NCBI GenBank assembly: GCA_002269645.1
Contig: NIVC01001101.1
Coordinates: forward strand, 1 to 64,000
DNA: 64,000 nucleotides
Direction: 5' to 3'
Source: Macrostomum lignano
Lineage: Eukaryota
The notes beneath the pieces are model-generated. The model was not told the DNA's origin. It searched no databases and was given only the letters and a program-made list of their open reading frames with translations. Shown here one piece after another: positions 51,601-63,330 of the stretch; positions within the stretch are counted from its first letter, which is position 1; every line of letters starts with the position of its first letter. The position numbers and the translations under genes are program-made.

Positions 51601-51860
51601 ATCTCAGTTATTCCCCCGGTAAGTCTTGAAATCTTAGCTATCAAGGCGTCCAAAGCCTTGACATCTCAGAGATTCCCCCACGCCTTGAAATCTCAGCAAT
51701 TTCCTCTTAAGCCTTGGCATCTCAGCAAGTCCGTTTTAAGCCTTTGACATCTCAGTAATTCCCCCAGTAAGCCTGCATATTTGAATAATTCCCCAGTAAG
51801 TCTTGGCATCTCAGCAATCTCCCCTGAGCAAGCATCCCTAAGAGCAAGCGTCCTTCCGAT
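48680..51860. repeat. Complex degenerate satellite (AAGAATCCCC and CTTGACATCTCAGCAATT motifs, two higher-order blocks)
   Basis: Block start tagccaattccaacccccg recurs at about 48679 and 50914. Confidence 0.8.
50230..50715. repeat. Homogeneous 29-bp minisatellite (TAAGACTTGACATCTCAGCAGTTTACCCC) x~16
   Basis: Contiguous units with no spacers. Confidence 0.95.
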
Positions 51861-53081
51861 AGCAAGCATCCCCTGATATAAAGTACCCCAAGCAAGATAG
51901 TAAGAAAATTTCCTCAGCTAGTACTCGTACAATAATTAATTTCTTATCTAGTGCAATAATCCTTTTCAAAAGTTAAAGTTTAATAAGAATTTTCGAATAC
52001 ACTACATGAACGCTCGTAGCTTCTTCTCTTTTATCTGATTTATTTGACGTTTTTTAAAGTTTCCTTCAACTGTCTTGAAATTAAATTTTTTAAGAAAAAA
52101 CTTTTACACTCTAAAAATTCGAACCCACGTCGCTGCATTAGCAGTTCAGTCTGTTCACTTCTAGGCTAGCTCTCTGAATTTAGCACTATGAATTTTAGCA
52201 CTTATATATTTCAACACTGAAAACTCCAAGCATAGAGTAGAAATCGCTCGAAGCAAGTTATGACATAATCAATTTCTCAGGCAGTCAATATCAGTTTCAA
52301 TTATTAAAGTCAACAATTAAAGTCAACAATATGGTTACGCAATCTAAATTGAAATCCAATGGCGCTGGTTTGAATTGTGGAGTTGCGATAAAGTAGGGGT
52401 TTGCGTTATGGGAGAGTGTACAATGAGTATATATAGTAAAATGCATAGAAATCTTCTTTTTAATGCTGTGCTTTTCATTTTTCGAATCTCAGCAAACAAA
52501 TTATATTCCCGAACTCAGCGTTTCTAGCTCTTTCCAGCAATACAAGGCTCTCTTCTGAAAGTGAAAAACTCGAAGCAAAAATAACAATTGAACATTCCTG
52601 CTTTAAAGCATTCAAATTCATAAAGGTGTACATTCAGCGCCAGTTACAGTGAGAGGCCTGCAAGTTGATCCATTAAAATTAACAACCAAGCCAATGCCCA
52701 GGACTAATTGAATAGCGACACCCGCCCCTCAATTTCAGTATCTAAAATGTGTTGCGCAACCTTTCAACGCTTGTAGCTCTCCACGCGAGTGTAGAGAACC
52801 AATGCTATAGTTGGCACTGAGTTATGATGCAATACAATTCCATCGGCAGTCAGACTGCTTCTCAATCGGAAAGAACTGTTTGAACTTTAAAAAACGGGGT
52901 AAAAATCGAGTTTTTCGAATATTTAAGCCCGAAAAAATAAAGCAATTTCTTAGCAAAATTTTGTGTACCAGCGCACCATCAATACGCATCGAATGCAGAA
53001 AACCCCACGAAATTCCGACCATGTAGAGTGAAGTTAAGCGAAGGTTCCTATAGGTACATAGTTTTGATTTTTAGTATATTG

Positions 53082-53791
53082 GACTAGCTAATTAGAGCTG
53101 GCTGCCAGCAGCCAGAATAATTTTTTTATTGCCCCCCTTTAAGTGGAGCGGAGTGAGTTTTCTTATCAGTTGGCTCTGGCGCAATCAATTAAAATTGGCA
53201 GTGAAGTTTCTGGCTGATAAAATTTGCATTGAAAAAGGCCATTTAAAACAGTTTTTCGAATATTTAATCCCTTTAGCATTGAAGCAGATACGATAAATTT
53301 TAACCGTCTTCTTTCCAGACAATTTTGAATCTTTTGGCGAAAACGCGATCAAAATCGGTGAAGAATTGCAGTCTCTAGAGCGTTATGGACATTCATTCAT
53401 TCAAGCATACAAACCTTAGAGATTTAGTATATTTAGAAGACTAGCTAATTAGAGCTGGCTGCCAGCAGCCAGAATAATTTTTTTATTGCCCCCCTTTAAG
53501 TAGAGCGGAGTGAGTTTTCTTATCAGTTGGCTCTGGCGCAATCAATTAAAATTGGCAGTGAAGTTTCTGGCTGATAAAATTTGCATTGAAAAAGGCCATT
53601 TAAAACAGTTTTTCGAATATTTAATCCCTTTAGCATTGAAGCAGATTAAAGAAATTTTAACCGTCTTCTTTCCAGACAATTTTGAATCTTTTGGCGAAAA
53701 CGCGATCAAAATCGGTGAAGAATTGCTCGCTCTAGAGCGTTATGGACATTCATTCATTCAAGCATACAAACCTTAGAGATTTAGTATATTT
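53082..53791. mobile_element. Two tandem 357-bp units of a Helentron/DINE-like non-autonomous repeat
   Basis: Units start at 53082 and 53439 and contain aaaatcggt...catacaaac...tttagtatatttagaagac, resembling DINE/HINE ends. Classification inferred. Confidence 0.55.
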
Positions 53792-53929
53792 AAGTGGAAC
53801 TCCTCCTTCGGAGGAGAAAGGGGAAGAACTCCCATCACCGGAATTCTATTCCCTGAAATATCCATCAACTGAAATTCCATGTCTTTAACCCTATCTTCCA
53901 AATCGTCTCCAAATTCTTTACAAAATCTT

Positions 53930-54660
53930 TCAAAGACCATAGCTCAAAGACTCTCAAGTCTCTCATATCTCCTCTCTCCTCTCTCTCATCTCATCTCTAC
54001 CCCTGCTCCCTTATTTACCTCTTCTCCCTCGTCTTTCGTCTGTACCTTCTCCTGTCTTCTGTCTCCTCTCTTCACTCTATCTCTCCCTCTTCTCTCCTCT
54101 CTCATATGTCATCTCTACTCACTTATCTATCGTCTCTCTTAACCCTCTCTCTCTCTTCTCTTTTCTCTTCTCTCTGCTCTCATTTCTCATATTTCATATA
54201 CGCTCTGACACTACTTTCTTGTCTCCCATCTTTCTTCCTCCTTTTCACTATCCCCTGTCTCTTCTCTTCTCTCTTTTCTATTCTCTCCATTCTCTCTTTT
54301 CTCCTTTCCTTGCTCCTTTCATCTCTCTCCTCTCTCCTCACTCTCTTCTCCTTTCGCTTCTCTCTCCTCTCTCTCCTCTCATCTTTACTACCTTATTTAT
54401 ATCTTCTCCCTAGTCTTTCGTCTGTACTCTCTCCTGTCTCCTCTCTCCCCTCCTCTCTCATCCCTCATCTCCTCATCTCACTCTTTCTTTCTCCTCTACT
54501 CTCCCCTCTCTTCTATTGCCTCTGTACGCTCTTATCCCTCATCTATTCTCTCTCCTATCATCTCCAATGTGTCATGTCTAATCTCTCCACTCAATTATAC
54601 TCTGTTTTCTAGCATCTCTTCTCTCTTCTCTTTTCAGTCTTCTCTTTACTCTCTTCTCTG
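53930..54660. repeat. CT-rich low-complexity tract
   Basis: Polypyrimidine composition. Confidence 0.9.
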
Positions 54661-54689
54661 ACTGATTGAAGATGCCAAATCCATCAAGA

Positions 54690-54970
54690 TCCTCTCCGCG
54701 AAGCAAAAATCCTGTCTGTGCAACTAAAAACCATCGAAATCCTCTCAGTGAAACTGGACTCCTTCGAAATCCTCTCCTTGAAACTTAAATCCATCAAAAT
54801 TGTTTCCATAAAACAGAAATCAATCATAAATTATCTCCGCGAAACAGAAAGCCTCTCCGTGAAGCTGAACATGATCGAAATCCTCTCCGTGAAACTGAAC
54901 ACCATGGAAATCCTTTCGTGAAACTGAACACCATCGAAATCCTCTCCACGAAACAGAAATCTTCTCCGTC
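54690..54970. repeat. Degenerate 30-bp tandem repeat (gaaatcctctccgtgaaactgaacaccatc)
   Basis: About 9 imperfect units. Confidence 0.75.
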
Positions 54971-55065
54971 AGAATTTAAACATTGAAATCGAATTTAATT
55001 TAATTTAATTTAAACTTGACTTAATCGAATTTTTTTCCGTCAAACAACTCAACTCGCCAGATTCA

Positions 55066-55105
55066 TTAGGGTTAGGGTTAGGGTTAGGGTTAGGGTTAGG
55101 GTTAG
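55066..55105 (+). repeat. Interstitial (TTAGGG)6 telomeric repeat
   Basis: Six perfect units plus TTAG. Confidence 0.93.
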
Positions 55106-55849
55106 AACTACGCACAGTTTCGTGTTAAAAGGCACAGATAAAAATATTGAACTAATTGAATCAATTCATTGCGCAACCGATTTCACAGTCAGTCAGTATC
55201 AGCCTCAGGTAAAGTTAACAAAAACATTGCGCAATCTAAATCAACCCTTCAATACACAGCAGCAGTGAGAAGTTGAACCCTCCCCCCAACAATCTTTGCA
55301 GATTAAAGTACAATCTTTGCAGAAAGTTAAAAGTATGGAAATAGTTTTTCAAATGCTGTGCTTTTTCTTTTCATATTTAAAGCAAACAACTTATATCCCC
55401 GAACTCAGCGTTGCAAGATCTTTCCAGCAATATAAGTTTCTCCTCTCAAAGTTTAAAACTCGAGGAACAGTTAGCGTTTGAAACTGTCTGATTTATAGCA
55501 TTGAAGTATCGAGTGTACGTTCACTGCCTGCTTGCAAGTTGATGCATTGAATTTCAATGTCCAACAAATACACAGGACTGCCCATTGAAAGGCAGGAAAA
55601 CTTATCAGTAGCCATATCATTGCGCAATTATCTATAAAGTCAGCCAGTGAGCCAGGGTCCAAGTGTACACACGCAGCCACTGAGAACGCTCCCACCCCCA
55701 CTGGAAAGAAAATACACTGCAGAGATAGGAGAAAAGTTGTGGCGCAACCATACAAAATAGCGTCAAGTGGGAAGTCCATGGAATGCGATATATAGACATC
55801 TGGTCTGGCTGTCTGGTTTGTGCTGTTTTCTGCTTTTTTGAAGCACTTA

Positions 55850-56840
55850 AAATTGAAATTTGAAAATGAATTTTAAACTGTAGCATCGTCGGGACATTTG
55901 ACATGTTTTGGTACCGGTTTGAAAGTTGAGTTGCAAGAATCCTAGGAGGAGATCGTCGACAAACCCGGCCCACCGGCCCACCCTACCACCGGACCACGAC
56001 GTCAGCTTTAGTATATAGAGAAGATAGAAGACATTCAAGCATACAAACCTTAGAGATTTAGTATATTTAGAAGACTAGCTAATTAGAGCTGGCTGCCAGC
56101 AGCCAGAATAATTTTTTTATTGCCCCCCTTTAAGTGGAGCGGAGTGAGTTTTCTTATCAGTTGGCTCTGGCGCAATCAATTAAAATTGGCAGTGAAGTTT
56201 CTGGCTGATAAAATTTGCATTGAAAAAGGCCATTTAAAACAGTTTTTCGAATATTTAATCCCTTTAGCATTGAAGCAGATACAAGAAATTTTAACCATAC
56301 AATCCCAGGCTGATTACGAATCTTTTGGCGAAAACGCGATCAAAATCGGTGAAGAATTGCAGTCTCTAGAGCGTTATGGACATTCATTCAAACATACAAA
56401 CCTTAGAGATTTAGTATATTTAGAAGATAGATAGAAGATGGAAGCATCCAGAATTTTTATTATACCCCCCCCCCTTAATTGGTTACGCAAGTTAAATAGA
56501 GTAATTATCTGGGCAGTGGGGCAAAGTGAATTTTCTTATCAGTTGGCTCTGGCGCAATCATTAAAATTGGCTGTGAAGTTTCTCGCTGCGCGCAGGCTGA
56601 TAAAAAAATACACTAAAAAGGCCATTTAAAACAGTTTTTCGAATATTTAATCCCCTTAGCATTGAGCTAGAGCTTAATAAAATTACATGTACCGTCCCGG
56701 GCACATTTGACATCTTTTGGCGAAGAAACGGAGAAAAATCGGTTGAGCCTTTTGGGAGATAACCTGTTACATACCCACAGACAGACAGGGCCGGTGGAGG
56801 GGGGGTTGCTACTTTAGATATATTAGATTAGATATGCGTA
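55850..56840. mobile_element. Further Helentron/DINE-like units (third 357-bp copy from 56073 plus related ends)
   Basis: Near-identical to 53082-53438. Related ends aaatcggtt...acagacagac...tttagatatattagat at 56740-56835. Confidence 0.55.
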
Positions 56841-57178
56841 CAGGTACAACAAACAATGATATAATAAAGCAAACTATGCGTAAATTTTGTATATTGAAAT
56901 AAATTTGATTAGGAGGGTGTGATTAAAGGGATTGGGAGATTGTGACTACTAGAATTGAGAGAGTGGGATTCCTAGTAGTAGGAGATTTGGATTCCTAGCA
57001 TTGGAAGATTGGGATTTCTAGCATTATTAGAAGATTAAGATTTCAATAAATTAGAAGATTCGGATCGGGATTAAGCATTGACAAACAAATTATGCAGACG
57101 AAAAAAGGGTCTCAAAAGCAAACTTTGTCACTGTCCAAATATGAAGTGTCTATTAATCTGATGTCGAAGCCTAACTTA

Positions 57179-59004
57179 TTATAAATTAAAAGTACAATTA
57201 GAAAAGCTACAGTTGGCAAACATCGGCTGACGCGCTGCTGTACTCACATCCAATTGTTTTTGCGCTACTGAAACGGCCACTGTGCTACCGGCTGGTGAAG
57301 TAACAAGCGAAGTATCTGCTAAATTGTTGAATGGTGTAGTCAACGAACTATCCAGCGTGCTGTCACTTGCAGCTGGCAGACTTTTCACATCCGACACGTC
57401 ACGTTGAAGACTAGTGCTGACAGCAGTCGCGACCTTTTTCAATGCTCTATCCCTTTTGCGCGATAAGTAACGGCGCACAGTAGCTTCACTACGTTGTCCC
57501 GTAACGGCTATTGTTTCGTCCATGCTGTAACCGCTGTCATATAGGTCCGAGATGCGCGTGACGCGAATGCAATGGTTTGTGTATCGCTGCGAAGGCGAAC
57601 ACACTTCACTGAGATGTCCCATGAATGAGCACTGTCGCGACTTTCCTATTCATTTCTTAGTTCACCTTCACTTGTCTCTGTTTACTCTGTTTTCTCTCTC
57701 TCTGTCTAGCTCAATCTTGTTATTCTTATCTCTCTCTCCCTTGCTGCCTTCTGATTGGCTCTCCATTCTCGCCTCTCTCTTCAGTCGCGCACTCCACCCC
57801 CTCTCTTTATTATTCTGGGCTCAACCCCCCAAAGTTAAATGTTCCATAAATATATCGGTTTGGGCCCTGCGCCCACTTACTGGCTCCTCTTACTTATTCA
57901 ATTTAACATCTAATTTAGTTCTAGTGTTTATTCTTATTATTTTCTCGACAAGCACAACCAGTTGACGCCACGCACTTGGCGACTAGAAAACCTCAAGACT
58001 CCATTAAAAGCATTAGCGAGTGGTCGTGGAATGAAATTGTCTCCTTCTGGCAACAATGACTGGTAGTGAAGAATAAGATCTCTCTCAGCTCCATAGATGC
58101 GACTCTACTTTGCAACGTTGCCCTTGCACTTGGTCGGATCCGAAGACTGGTTTTTAGTTGGCAAAGGCGGAAGCTTCAGGTAGCTGTGCGCATCCGCATC
58201 TTTACAATCTAGTAGTGTCCCACGTTTTCGAATCGACTCCAAATGCTCCTGGCCTCTCTCTCCTAGAGTATAGAAAATGACAAAAATTACCTCATCTTGA
58301 AGTTTTTCTGCGGTCGATCTGTCAAAATGCTGCCTGATTTTTCGAAGGTCTCCGTCCTCAATAGGTCGAAACTGTTGAACAACTCCATCCTCAGCGCTGA
58401 AATGACGAACTTTCACTCGTAGCATTCTGTTCGCCGCTTCAAACTCTACCCCATTCATAATGTCTGTCTGCATCTTGAGTATCATTCTTAGGTAACGCTC
58501 CACACCAGCTCGAATGCACACAAGGGTAGCAGGCGAATACAGACTTCCATCAGATTTCTTTAGTCCAAAATAATAGAAACGAAGATACTCTCCTAGCTTC
58601 TCGTTTGTCATGCTTTGTACTTCTTCAGTCGTATGCTTGCGCATGAAGGCAATGAATCGACCTCCCTGTTGCATCATTTGTTCTTGGGTGGAGCGCGGTA
58701 GCGAGTCTAACTCGACTTGGTCCATGTCGGCAGCCACAGACTCAGGTAATTCTGGCAATTTGACTCCGGAAACATAATCCTCCAAGTTAGCCTGCAGATC
58801 CGTGAGGAAGCCAATAAAATTCTGCAGATTGGTGTCGTCGTGGTGATCAGTATAACTTAGCGCAGTAATAAAGCTCAGTTCACAGTCGCTAACTCCATCC
58901 AACGATTCGCAGGAAAGATGCTTCCAATTGATCAAAGCCATTTTAAGCATGGATGAATAATATAACTGGATCGCCAGAAGCTCGACTTTTTTGGTCCTAG
59001 CCAT
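57179..59004 (-). mobile_element. Crypton-type tyrosine recombinase gene (DUF3504/KCTD1-like family), with one stop and a solo-LTR insertion
   Basis: LRFYYFGLKKSDGSLYSPATLVCIRAGVERYL, IEDGDLRKI, LGERGQE, then YTNHCIRVT and TGQRSEATVRRY. The frame continues past the stop at 58105 and across the excised LTR (GVNWLCSFMGHLS). Confidence 0.85.
57633..57950. mobile_element. 318-bp solo LTR
   Basis: TGTCGCGA...TCTCGACA termini, 5-bp TSD AGCAC at 57628-57632 and 57951-57955. Removal restores the recombinase frame. Confidence 0.88.
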
Positions 59005-59207
59005 AGACAAGCACCAGCATCACAAGAAGCTCAGAATGCCGTACTTTCACACATAGACAAATAGCCGCTGCAGAAGCTGCAAACCTTTATTTATAAGTAT
59101 TTATTTGAAAGTACGGCATTCTGAGCTTCTTGTGATGCTGGTGCTTGTCTATGGCTAGGACCAAAAAAATCGAGCTTCTGGCGATCCAGTTATATTATTC
59201 ATCCATG
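58948..59207. repeat. 102-bp inverted repeat with a 56-bp spacer
   Basis: Arms 58948-59049 and 59106-59207, one mismatch. Confidence 0.93.
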
Positions 59208-59395
59208 ATTTTAAGACGAGCGTGAAATTCCTCTGGTCTTGCCTTAGAAAACAGACCCTTTAAAGAGCCTTTAGTCAAGGAAAATCATAGTCTATGGTAC
59301 CCTCTAACTCTTCGATCTAGTCTTTTCACCCAAGATTAAAAATTGTCTATGGCCTTTTCTTCGAGAAAATTCTAAGCGGTACGCAATGGATAAAT

Positions 59396-59490
59396 AATCA
59401 GCGGTCCCAGTGCGTGACAACGATTGTCTGGCGAGCGCCGGTAGGCGCAAGCCATAGACAAATCGTTGTCACGTGCTGCGACCACTGATT
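59396..59490. repeat. Imperfect hairpin near the Crypton 5' end
   Basis: aatcagcggtc..gtgacaacgattgtctggc / gccatagacaaatcgttgtcac..gaccactgatt around gagcgccggtaggcgcaa. Confidence 0.8.
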
Positions 59491-61237
59491 CTTTGCATTA
59501 TTTTTCTGTTTGACGATCCTACAGACAATGCATTGTTTGTAGTAATGGATTGTTCTGCATTAAAAATGTGAATAATGATCGTCAAATTGCTAAACAATGT
59601 TGTTTAACGATATTTTTCTAGGCATTACGGATTTATCGCTACTTAGCGGGCGTCTTAATGTCTATATGTCTATGGTTGAAACCGAAAATGATGCTTTTAT
59701 TTTGTGTTTTTTTCTGGATATGTTTCCCAATGCGTATCTGGCTTTACTTGTGGGTTAAAAGAAGTTTACTTAGTGAGTTATATTGTGGTTTTTCGAATCA
59801 GTACGAGTGCCAAGCATGGGACATCTGTTAAAGGCTTTCGCCGTATTCCCAATGCCTCCATCGCCGATGCACCTGGGCTCCAACCTGAAAATTAGAAGTC
59901 GCTACTACGAATCGTTTCTAATTAATGGTGCTTCATTTTCTGCTACAAGCTGCCTGATCTGTGCGGCGCGGTACGCGTTTGGAGTTCAACTGGCTTCGCT
60001 GAGACTGCAGGAGTGTGAGCTGCCTGGCTGAATGAGCTAGACAGTAGGATTTTGTCAGTCAGTTTAATTTTGCTGAGCATGCTCACGCATAGTGTAGGCA
60101 TATGTACACTGTCTGTGCCCAAGGCCAAGTTTTGTGTTTAAAAAATCATTTGCCTTAAAAGTTAGAGGCTTATTTTAGCTTTCATGCCGCAAAGTCCGAT
60201 TTTTATCACAGAACTTACACAGATGGCTACTTATGTTTCTTCACCGGATTAGTAGTTTGTACGCATATCTATTTCTACGCAGTTTAATTTCATTAAATCG
60301 CTGACTGAGAATTCTGTGTAAGTTCTGTGATTTTTATAAGTGCTTCCTGCTGTATGCAGCATGCATTTGTTCGCATACCCTTAGCCATAGAAATACACAC
60401 CGCATAGTGCTTCTATGCTCACTCAGAAGAAAGCCACAAGTAGAGCTGATCAAGCACAGAGTTGCAAGACAGCAGTTCGAGGCTGACCGGCAGTTTGCTG
60501 CCTTTAAAGTTGCTTTTAAAATTTGCGATCTTTACAGAGAATTCACATATGCATGGCCACGAGAGTATATCCAAGTAAGATAAGTCAAAATCGCGAAAGT
60601 GATTTCATTCCTGTCTGATCCACGCATATTGTGCTCCACCAAATTTGAAAAAGATGGATGGATTTCACTAAACATTCTTCTAATCGCCTTTATATAAAAG
60701 TGAGTATTAGACTCAATCATATGTTTACTTACGACGAACTCATCATGTCACTCAATTCAACGCCCTATTATTTCCGTAACGGGCCACAAGGTGGGCGTGG
60801 AACAAAGCATTGGTATTTTCTGCCCACAGCTTTTCCCACGTCCTCCTATGTCCCCACGGTGGCAAATACTCTGGTTAATTATATATGCACTGAGACTTTA
60901 ACATCGTAGGCATATGCCCACAATTGTCAGTTTCTCTCATTAGCAAGCTAAAAGTCTCTCAGAAGAAGCATCTAAAATCCTATGAGGCTTCTTCAGCTTC
61001 CTCTCCCAATTAGAATAACGGCTGAGTCCTTAGTTTTAAGCCGCACAAAATGCCATGAAATAAGAAGGAGCTGCTCCTCTCTGAGCAATTACAGACAAGT
61101 GCATGCTTTCTGCACAAATACAGCAGAGAGACACTTGAATTACTCTCTGCAACTGTAATGAAAGCAGCTGTCTGTGACTTTTAGCTCGTACCGACGTAGT
61201 TTCTTAAGCATTGACAGTGAGCAGCAATCTCTTGAAA

Positions 61238-61969
61238 ATGCGCAATTATCTCTTGACGATGCTCTTGGCTCTGACACTCGGCAGTGCCAACCAGCAGCTG
61301 TATGTTCTCATCAACGGATATCTCTGCATCAACGGCGAGTTTGTTGAGACCTACTCAAGCGAACTCAGCAAAGTCGGCTGCGCCGCTCTGTGCGCCCAAA
61401 ACCAGCGCTGTCAGGCGTTCAGCATGGCTGACGGTCCGTGCCAGCTGTTCGTGTTCGACAAGTGCAGCAAGTCGGTGAGGAGCTGCGGCTGCTCCAAGAG
61501 GGGCCGGGTGTTCGTCAAGCAGCGGCCGGGACTCGAGGCGGGCGCGCTGTGTCCGTCTGGCTACGGCATGGACCTGTGCGGAGTGAAGTACAGGCTGTAC
61601 TCTGGCATCGGGACGTGGTGGCCGAGCAGGCAGAAGTGCGAGTCAGAGAGCGGTCTGGTCATCATGGCCGACGTGACCAGCGAGCAGGAGATGAGCCACG
61701 TGGACTCGATCTACTCGAACTACAGCTCTGGACAATCGATTTGGCTCGGAGGCCTCCAGCCAGCAGGCAGTGCGGAGCCGGCTGGCGGCTGGTACTGGGT
61801 CGGCTGCAATGACACCGTGGATGCTGCTCTGTGGGCCAACAATGAGCCAAACAATGGGGGTAACGAAAATGTTGCATTAAGATTCCATGGTGTAGCTGGT
61901 CTGGCCGACTGTTCCGAGACATTGCCAGTGTCTACCGTTCTGTGTGAGTGCGTCTCGCCATTCGCCTGA
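61238..61969 (+). CDS. Intronless secreted PAN/Apple + C-type lectin protein, copy 2
   Basis: Signal-peptide-like MRNYLLTMLLALTLGSA, PAN cysteines, and a CTLD with IWLGG, EPNN and CEC. Colinear with copy 1. Confidence 0.87.
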   Translation: MRNYLLTMLLALTLGSANQQLYVLINGYLCINGEFVETYSSELSKVGCAALCAQNQRCQAFSMADGPCQLFVFDKCSKSVRSCGCSKRGRVFVKQRPGLEAGALCPSGYGMDLCGVKYRLYSGIGTWWPSRQKCESESGLVIMADVTSEQEMSHVDSIYSNYSSGQSIWLGGLQPAGSAEPAGGWYWVGCNDTVDAALWANNEPNNGGNENVALRFHGVAGLADCSETLPVSTVLCECVSPFA

Positions 61970-62593
61970 TGCTTGGGTGCCGCGCTGTCACAACTTGCTG
62001 ATGTCAACTGCAGAGATCGGTCTTTTGAATAACGCAGATGTTAAAACTTTTGTGTCGAACATGTGATTCACCCTCACTTTTAGCTGAACAACGATATGGA
62101 TGATAATACAGAAATACACAGGAATTCCATCGATTCAAATTACTCGCTGTGTTAGAGCGCGGATGGCAAGCCTTTATGATACATTGTAGTCTCTTTCAAT
62201 GCTGGCTTGGTCTTTTGCGCTGTGTTCTGGTATCAAGAGCAACATACGAGTATATTAGCAGGATCTGTTCATGAATGCACAACATTTGACTTGATTTTGT
62301 CAAATGGGATCTATACTCTCGTATGCTTCAAGTTGTGGTGCACTTTAATTGCTAAAAATTTTCTGCGATAAATAATTTCTCGTTTGAAAATTAATGAATG
62401 CTTATTAGTAGGGCGAAGCCCCCACTTTCTACAATGAAATTTAAATAAATTTTAGTCTATGGCCCACATCGACATTAATATGCACTGTAGTTTTTTGATC
62501 CCATAAAGAGGGAGACAGAAGGTTTAAGAGAGCTGAGTAGAAAGACAGCAGATTTAATTGCTTGCATCTTTCATTTACGCAAACAAAATCGCC

Positions 62594-63330
62594 ATGGCTG
62601 ACGCAGAGCCAACTACAGTGGCAGAAGTTCTGCCTCCTCTATTTAACTACGGAGCTATGCCCAATGGTGAGATTTCAGGAGTAACATCCGGCGAGTTCGA
62701 CTTGATTTGCACGTCATTCGATCATGCCCAATGTCATCAGAAAGTCGAGATGCAGCGAACCGCTATAGATTCTCCGAGAAAAGCTGCTAGAGGCTTTCGC
62801 TATCTTCTTGAGTTTATGAAGAACGTCAGTGAGAAAGCAGGCCTTACTAAGGTGTACACCGACCGCTGCATATGGTAGGTAGTTTGACCTGTACTTTTGC
62901 CCACCATATTCATGTGTCTCTGTGAACACATTTGAATCTAGACAAATCAGTTGCCAACTTTTCTTGAACTGCAGAGTAACTAGAGCGTGCCACCTGGATG
63001 CCTGTGGCCAGACTATCCAGGAGATCTTGCTCATCACTGGGCGAAAGTGTGAGTGAACTGTTAAGCGCTACTTATCGAGGCGACGTGATCGCAGTTTGTA
63101 TAGGGCATCTCTGGCTGTGGATCAGGCGCTGAATCATACAGTTTCCGAAACTAATGTCAATAATAAGATCGTTAAGCTAGCTCGTCCAAAATCCAATCAC
63201 AATAAGCAAGGCTACGATGGAGGAATGTGCGGATGTTTATCAAGAGCCTGTCCAGACCGACGGCGCACTACGTGTGCAGGCTGCTCCGTCAAAGAAGATG
63301 AAAGTGACCATTGACGGCAGTCGCAATCTG
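62594..63330 (+). mobile_element. Second, internally deleted Crypton-type recombinase remnant with a 100-bp intron (62875-62974)
   Basis: FMKNVSEKAGLTKVYTDRCI / VTRACHL..ITGRKCE*TVKRYLSRRRDRSL aligns with the first element. Intron boundaries GTAGGT...TTTTCTTGAACTGCAG. Confidence 0.75.

Noticed and set aside
53879-54612. Leu/Ser-rich membrane-protein-like ORFs (also 37449-38482 and 28118-28372)
   Set aside because: They are translations of CT-rich or short-period repeats and show no family motifs.
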